DNA of 64,000 nt, taken from assembly GCA_023205875.1 (NCBI GenBank), contig CP060761.1, positions 310,001 through 374,000 of the forward strand. The letters are read 5' to 3'. The translations under genes were made by a program, and so were the position numbers. Position 1 is the first letter of the stretch; every line of letters begins with the position of its first letter. The notes below the pieces were generated by a model. It made no database searches. It was given only the letters and a program-made list of their open reading frames with translations, and had not been told where the DNA came from. The DNA comes from Chloropicon primus (taxonomy: Eukaryota). Positions 53,301 through 61,503 of this stretch are shown here, in pieces.

Positions 53301-56300
53301 TGGGGCTTGAGGGCGCTGAAGAGCATACTGACTGACTCGGGAAACCTTCTGTACAAGTACAGAAAGCAGAATGACGGCCAGGTATCTGCCGCGGGCGAGA
53401 CTGGGCTGCTCTTGAGAGCGCTCTGCTCTTCTACAATTCCCAAGCTGACTTCCAACGACGTCCTCAGCTTTCACGAGATTTTGAAGGACATCTTCCCAGG
53501 CGAGAGCCCAAACGTCATTGATGACGCTGACCTCGAAAGCGCCCTCGGAACTTGCTCGGAACGTATGGGTCTCGCTCTCAACGGAGATGTCGTGAACAAA
53601 GTGTTGCAGCTGCACCAAGCTCTTCAGCAGAGGATGGGTGTCATCATAGCGGGCCCGCCGGGCAGCGGTAAATCCACGCTCTGGAAATTGTTGCACGCCG
53701 CCTACGAGCTGCTTTCTGCCAAGAGGGTTGCCATGGAGCTGCAGATGCCAAAGATTCACGTGATGAATCCAAAAGCCGTGGACAGGCAGAGTCTGATCGG
53801 GCGGATCGACCCAGATGTCCGGGAGTGGATCGACGGCGTTCTTTCTTACTCGTGCAGGAAGGTGGCCGCACGCTCGTTGGAGGAGAAATCTTGGATCCTC
53901 TGCGACGGAGACATCGATCCCGAGTGGATCGAAAGTCTTAACTCGGTGCTAGACGACAACCGCCTCCTGACGATGCCAAATGGCGAGCGTATCGAGTTTG
54001 CTCACAATGTGAACTTCCTCTTTGAGTGCGCGGACCTTCAATTCGCTTCTCCTGCCACGATATCAAGGTGCGGAGTCATTTACACGAATGGAAACCTGTT
54101 GAATGACGTCGGGATACCGGATCTCCTTGCGTCCTTTGCAAGTCAAGATGTGGCAAAGAACAGGGCAAGCCTGCAGATACAGCAGCAGAAGGGGGGCGAG
54201 GCTCTGAAGCTCGGTGACGTCCGAAATAGGATAAGGGAATGGTTTGGAAATGACACAGCCTCTGCGCTGAGACAGATCATCGAAGAATCCATAGTCCCGA
54301 AGGGGGGATCGAAGTTCACAAGCATCGGCGTGCTTAAAAACGGCTGGAGCAGCTCCCGAGAGTTCCTGTGGGCGGCAGAGTCGAGCCGCAAGGATGCCTT
54401 GCTCGGTTTCCTGGCTGGAGTGATGTCTGTGCTACCATTGGAGGAAAAGAGGACGTTGTTGCAGAACTCGGTAAGCGGTCTGCTGGGAAGCGGCGGGGAC
54501 GCCTCTGCGCTTTCGAGGCCAATGAATTATCCCGAGTGCTCGCAGGCTCACTCGGCCGTTCTCGCGGCCGCGGAAGAGAATTTTGAGGCCGAGGAGAATC
54601 TAGCGCCAGAGCTCGAAACGCACGTGCCGGGGAGGAACATTTCCCTGACAGATTCCCAGCTCCAGGCGGCCTCGATCCTTTTGCCATGGCTCATGTCCGG
54701 CGACCCCCTAGTGCTCTGGGGTTCAGAGGGCTCCGGAAAGGCATCGCTTGTCGAAAGCTGCGTCGCTAAGGCACAGAACATGCAGGTTGTCACTGTGCAT
54801 TGCAGCACAAATACCTCGACGAGTGACATCATGCACGTGCTGAAAGACACCTGCGACGAAGTGACTTCGGCGAAGGGAAGGACCCTGAGACCCAGATCCA
54901 CGCCGAAGCTGGTTCTGCTCATCAGGGGGTTGCACGTTCCAGCTGCCGACAAGTACGGGACAGTGCAATTGGTGCAGCTGATTCAGCAGCTCATCACTTA
55001 CAACGGCCTGTACGACGAGAAGAACGAGTACGTAGCGCTGAAAGACATTCATATTGTGTGCACGATCTCGTCCACAGAGAGTGCGCTCCTGAGAGAGAGG
55101 TTCACATCCTGCGTCTGCAACTTTTACGTCAACGATCACCTGAAGGAGGAAGCAATGGCGCTGTTCGAGGCCTCCATTCCATCGAGAGTCTCCAGAGACA
55201 TCTTCGATTGCATCCTGGAATTCACGGCATCGCTGTATGACACCTTCCTTTCCTTGAGGCAAGACAACATTTCTTTCAAGGCCAAGGACATCTTGCAGTG
55301 GCTGCGTGGTCTGCGGAGGTATGACTTCGACGGCTTGGATTCCGAAGACGACGCTGCTGGGGCGAAATATGCTTTTGTGGACTTTGTCCTGGAGGAAGCA
55401 AACCGGATCTTCATCGAATCCACCACTCCGAACTCGATGAACAGGCAAAACATCGGGCAGGCGCTCGTGGACTCGATCAGGAGATCGGTCGTGGGTCTGG
55501 GGTCAAAGTACCAGCCGATGATGCCGTTCGCTCATGCCGACGAACGGTGCAAGTACATCTTTGCACCAGATGTTTCCACCTCGTCAAGCTCCTTCAATGT
55601 GCAGAGGTGGGAGAAAGGTACCTGGGCTGAATCCTGCCGCTCGGCTCTGAGGGCTTTGGCGAGGGAAAAGGTTCACATGAGGGCGATTGCTGCCTCTGAC
55701 CAAATGCTGAACGGGGTTGCGTTGATCAGCCGTGCGATCACCGAAAGCAACAGCGTCGTGCAGACTGGCGTCCTCCTCACGGGGTCTTCGGGAGTGGGTC
55801 GAAAGACGATGCTCAATGTCGCGGCCAAGCTGTGCGGATACGAGCTCGCCAGTCCAAAAACTACGTCGAACTACTCCCTGAAGACGTTGCTTCAGGAGGT
55901 TAAGACGGCGATGTGCGCGGCGGGTGGCTGGGCGAATTCACTTTCCTCTTCGTCGTCAGGGAGCAACGATTCAGACTACACCAATGGTGAGAACGTGGGG
56001 TCAAAGGTCGTGTTGTTGTTGGAAGATCATCACATCGGCCCGAAGGGGATCCTCGGATCCTTGCTGCATCCCTTGCTCTCAGGAACGTCGTGTTTGGACA
56101 TTAACGGCCTGTTCCAAAGGGAAGAGCTTGAGCAGATCGCGATTTACTTCAGTGGCCAGGCCTTGTCCCAGAAAGAGGTTTTGCATTCGTTCGCTGAGCG
56201 CATCACGCAGAATCTGAGGATCGTCGTGTGCCTCAACAGTGACACAGCGGACTACAAGAAGATCATTAAAGAGAATCCTGCACTCCGGTCGAGGTGCACG

Positions 56301-59300
56301 ACCCTGGCATTTGGCAACTTCTGGTCCGATAGCACTCAAGAAAGCATTCTGAAGGCCAACCTCCAAGACGTGGCTCCGAGATCAAAGCAGACTTCAAAGC
56401 TCAAAAACTTGAGCATCAAGCGCAAAGCAAGCCTCAAGGGTGCCGCTGCGACGGAGATACAAAACAACAGCTCGCAGGGCATCGGCGGCATCGCCTCAGA
56501 CGCGCAAAAGGACGTGATCAAGGAAGCCATCCAGGCGATGATGAGAGTGCACAAGAGCATGGTGGAAGGCAGCGCTCTTCACGACAGGAAGGAATACGCG
56601 GTGTCCCTGGACTCACCCTACAGGCTTGTCCTGGTGTCAAAATTCTGCTCTTTCATTTGGAAGAAGAGACGGCAGGCTCTGACAAAAGAGAGGACGAGAT
56701 TGGGCACTGGCCTGAGTAAGTTGAGCGAGGCTGAGGTTCTCGTGGACAAGCTGAGGAACGAAGCGGAGGTGCAGAGGAAGCAGCTCAAAGCAAAACAAGC
56801 AGAAGCAGATTCTGCTTTGAGTCAGATCACAATATCAATGACTCAAGCAAACGAGTCTCGAAAGGAAGTGGACAGCTTGTCCCTCCGACTGAAAGATGAA
56901 GAGAAAGACCTGGAGAGCAGGAAGCTTGTCATCGAAGAAGAGCTGGCGAGTGTTCAGCCCATTGTTGATGCTGCGAGAAAAGCAGTCGGCCAGATCCGAT
57001 CGGACCATTTGAGTGAGATCAAGTCTCTGAAAGTGCCACCAGACGCGATTCGAGATGTGTTGGAGGGGGTCCTGCTGGTTCTGGGTCAGACGGACACTTC
57101 GTGGACGTCGATGAAAAAGTTCCTGGCGTCAAGGGCAGTGAAAGAGAACATCATCAATTTTGATGCGAGGCAGATTACTCTTCCCGTCCGGGAGAGAGTG
57201 GAAGCCCTCTTGCAGCAGAAAGGGAGGTCCTTCGAGCACGCGGTGATCTACAGGGTTAGTGTTGCTGCAGCGCCCATGGCTGCATGGGTCAAAGCGAACA
57301 TCAAGTATTCTCACGTCCTGGAACGCATTGCTCCCTTGGAAAGGAATCTGCACGAGCTCTCCGAAGGTCTCGAGCAGTCTCGCAACAGGATGAACCAGTG
57401 CCAGAGCGATCTGGACGAGCTGGATTCCCAAGTCCAACGCTTGAAGGAGGATTTCGGCAAGCGCACACTTCAGGCCCAGCAATTGGAAGCAGGGCTGAAA
57501 AAGGCAGACCAAATGCTGGAGAGCGCAGTGAAACTCCTAAGCCAGTTGAGTGACGAGAAAGATCGCTGGAGTGAGAAAGTCCAAAAGTTGAAGAAGGAAA
57601 TCAATGAAATTCCTGTGAACTCCGTGCTCGCTGCTTCCATGATTGCTTACCTCATGAGCGAGGACGAGACATCGAGGGAGCAGGCTCTGGACGTGTGGCA
57701 AAACGAGGTGACTCTGAACAAGGGGGGCATAGAAGAGGGAGAAGGCAATAAGTTTGACATCAAGTACTTCCTCAGCAACGAAACAGAACTGCTTTGCTGG
57801 AGGCGGCTCAACCTTCCCGGGGATGACTTGTCCGCAGAGAACGCCATTGGAATTCTTTCTTCTTTTGAAGCTGGTTTGAATACGCCGTTGATCGTGGACA
57901 ACAGCGGGAGGGCCATCCAGTGGCTCGAAAACAAGCTTCACCAGCAGATCGAAGAAGACCTTGATAACGGCAGAAAGCAGGTGGTGGAGAAAGTGCGGAT
58001 GAGCGACAAGCGTGCGATCCATTCGATCGAGCTCGCGGTGAGATTCGGAAAAATTCTGATTCTGGAGGAGGTGGATCACATCGAACCAATCCTGTATCCT
58101 TTGCTGAGAAAGGAGCTTGTCGTTCAAGGAGGCTCGTCGATGGGCAACCTCGAGGAGGAAGGGGCACCGTCGCATAGAGTCAACAGCCACCTTGCGAACG
58201 AGCGCTTTTCTGTGCAGCTCGGGGATAAGACGGTGGATTATGATCCTCACTTCAGGTTGTATCTCGTCGCAAGGACTCCTGCTATCATGAAACACATGTC
58301 AGCGAGCGTAGCGGTGTATGTGAACGTAGCAAACTTCGCGATCACGAAGGAAGCACTGGAGAGGCAGTTGCTCGCAATAACGATTGAGCATGATCAGCCA
58401 GAGCTGGAAAATGCGAGAACTCAAGCGTTGAGCGAGGCGGAGAGCTTGCGACTGCAGTTGACTGAGCTCGAGGAGCAGCTTCTCATCGCACTGGCTGACT
58501 CTGAAGGCAGCCTTCTGGAAAACCACGCCCTTGTGGAGTCGCTGAACGAGACAAAAGCGAAGGCGTTGGGGGCCAAGGAGCTGCTTATCGAATCAAAGCA
58601 GTTGCAGGCGTCTCTTGACGAGCAGCGGGCCGCCTACAGACCAATCGCTCAGCAGGCTGGGCAGATCTACTTCATGTTGCAAGGCATGAAAAACATCCAC
58701 TATTCGTACCAATTCAACATTGCTGTCTTCTTGAGGCTGTTCCAGCACGCTTTGAAGGCAGACGATGTCAAGGTAGACAGGGGGCATGCTCAGGTCCACA
58801 TCGCGTCCAGAATTGCGAAGCTCAACTTGGATTTTGTCCGCCGCATCCTGTCTTACGTGTCCAAGGGCCTCTACAAGAATGACCGCCTCACTTTTGCGGT
58901 GTTCATGGCTCAGCAGCTGGAGGCTTCCGTTGATGATGAAGATCTGAACGCCAATGGCGAGGAGAGGGAAGAGCTGTGGTCGCTCGTCCTGGGGAGAGAG
59001 GGCAACATCCTTTTCAAGACCATGAAAGCATCGATATCTGAAGCGCAGATTCCCCACTGGGTTCCCCACGAGAGGAGAAAAGCTTTCATGAAGCTGTGCA
59101 ATTCGATTCCTGATCGGTTCCAAAAGTGGAAGATGTTGCAGAACCATGACGCGTGGGCCAATTGGCTCACAAACAGCAGAGATCCGGAGAAGGATCTCCT
59201 GGACGGCAAGTTGGGTCTGCCATCCCTGAACCCGCTTGAAATCCTGGCAATCATCTCCACACTTAGGCCGGATCGCTTGGAGAGCTCCCTCAGCTTATAC

Positions 59301-61412
59301 GCTGTTCAGTTGCTCGGCCTGTACAAGTCGGTCGACACGCAGTCCATGCACTGGCTGCAGGATGCCCTGGCACCACTGTACGCCCCTTTCAGCCTCGCGC
59401 AGTTGTCTCACAACACGGAAGATCTGCTCGCGTGGTCCCCTTCGTCCAGGGAGCCCGTGTTCTTCCTGACAGCCAACGATGGCTCGGACCCAAGTCAAGA
59501 GCTCGAAGAGTACGCGGGAAGGCACATCGGAGCCGAGAGCTACCACCAGCTGGCGATGGGCCAAGGCCAATGCAGTCTTGCGATCGATCTCCTTCACGAG
59601 TGCGCGAGGAATGGGCACTGGCTTTGCCTGAAGAACATACACTTCGTATCCTCCTGGCTTCCGAAGCTGCAGCACGCGATCAAAACGATTCCGAGTTCAG
59701 ATTGGAAGGACGGCACGAGGGTCTTCCTCACCGCCTTCCCGACACAGGGCATTCCCTCGTACTTGCTCGAATCCAGCTTGAAGGTGACCTGTGAAAGCCC
59801 CCCGGGAATCAAGAAGAACATTCTGAGAACGTACACTGACATATGGATGCCAAGCTTCATTGCCGGGAGCGGTTATAGCAACAACAGCATCACCGTACTG
59901 CGGGCACAGATGCTGTTCGCGCTGGCCTGGTTCCACGCCATTATCCAAGAGAGAAGAGCGTACCTGCCTCACGGCTGGAGCAAATTCTACGAGTTCTCTT
60001 TCACGGATCTGAGATCGGGAGCTGACATTGTCGACATGTTCGCAAAGCAATTGGATTCCGGGGCCGATAGCGCCCGGACGAGCCCCCAGTGGAAATTCCT
60101 GCAGGGATTGCTTCTCGACGCCGTTTACGGCGGAAGGATCGACAACCCGCAGGACCTCGAAGTTTTGAAACTCTACTTGGGGCAATACTTCAGTGACGAC
60201 GCCTTTGGCACCGGGGGGAAGAAGGTGAAGCCCTTGCTGGGCACGGAGGACTACGTGAAGGGCGGCCTGGTCATTCCATGCTCTTCCGCCCACGCGGATT
60301 TCCTTCACGTGATCTCAAATGTCCCTGAGATCATCAACGAAAATGGAAGCGTGGCAGCAAGGGCCTTCCAGCTCCCACTGAACATCAGCAGGTCTGCCCA
60401 GCACTTGGCGAGCTCCCGCGTTCTGTCCAATTTGACGGTGCTGGAATCTCAAGACAAGGACAGGAAGTTTGATCCATCGGGCTTGGATGTGGCTCTCGAA
60501 GAGAAGCAGATCGAAACGCTGGAGGCTCTCGAAAAGTACTGGAGAAAGTCGTACCACAAGGATGCCTCTAAAGTGGGCCTCAATTCGAAGAGTGACGATG
60601 CAAGGAATGCGGTGGAGACGTTCATTCTGGGTGAGATACATTTCGCAGATTCGCTTGTGTCCACAATCAACGAGTCCGTTGTCGCTGCGATTGAGTTCCT
60701 CCGAGGGGAGGGGCAGGAGAAAGCTACTTTGGACACTTACTCCCTGTCGTGGAGCGAAATTCCGCAGACTTGGAGAAAGATGTGGAACAGCACCCTTGGC
60801 GACAAAGTGTCGTTGTTCGCGTACATCGACGCAGTGCTGCAGAGGTTGGCCTACCTCAAGGGCTGCGTGGAGTCCCCAAGGTCAAGCTCATCATCCTGGA
60901 ACAGTGTCTTAGGGGAGAGCGGGATCAATCTGCACAATTTTTTCCACCCCAAGTCCCTCCTCATTGCCATCAAGCAGCAAGCTGCCAGGACCCAGGGCTG
61001 CTCCATTCACGACCTGGTTCTCCACTCCTCGTGGGGCTCCGACCCACAAAAGGCTTTAGGCAACCTGAAGTCGGACGTCGAGCGACTCTTCTCCGCGGAC
61101 TTGCAGCAAGAGAGCGCGTCCGTGTTCAACAGCATCACGGTCCAAGGCGCCCGAATCGGGATCTCTGGGACCGCAGCAAGGCTGCAAGATGTTGCGGAGC
61201 AGGACGACATCATTAGCAAGGCTCCTTTCGTGGCCATAGGCTGGGTGCAATCGAAATCAAGCACACTGAAAGACTTGGTTCACGTGCCCCTCTACGAGGA
61301 CATGGATCGCACCTCCATTATCGAATACCTTGGGGTTCCTTGCGACAAGAGGAAGGCCGACGACGATCAGCAGTGGCTCATAAAATCGGTAGCGCTGTTC
61401 ATCGCCAAGTAG
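47319..61412 (+). CDS. DYNC2H1: Cytoplasmic dynein-2 heavy chain (DHC1b/DYNC2H1), single ORF
   Basis: [45 protein letters not shown], AAA2 [9 protein letters not shown], AAA3 [10 protein letters not shown]4 GSSGVGRK, coiled-coil stalk, VYGGRID. Confidence 0.93.
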   Translation: [4697 protein letters not shown]

Positions 61413-61503
61413 TGAAGATTGTAAAATGCCCCCCAATATTGAATATATAATAAGTAAGTGTAAAATCTATTTTTAGTAGTTCAATTACAAGAGAGTGTCC
61501 TCC

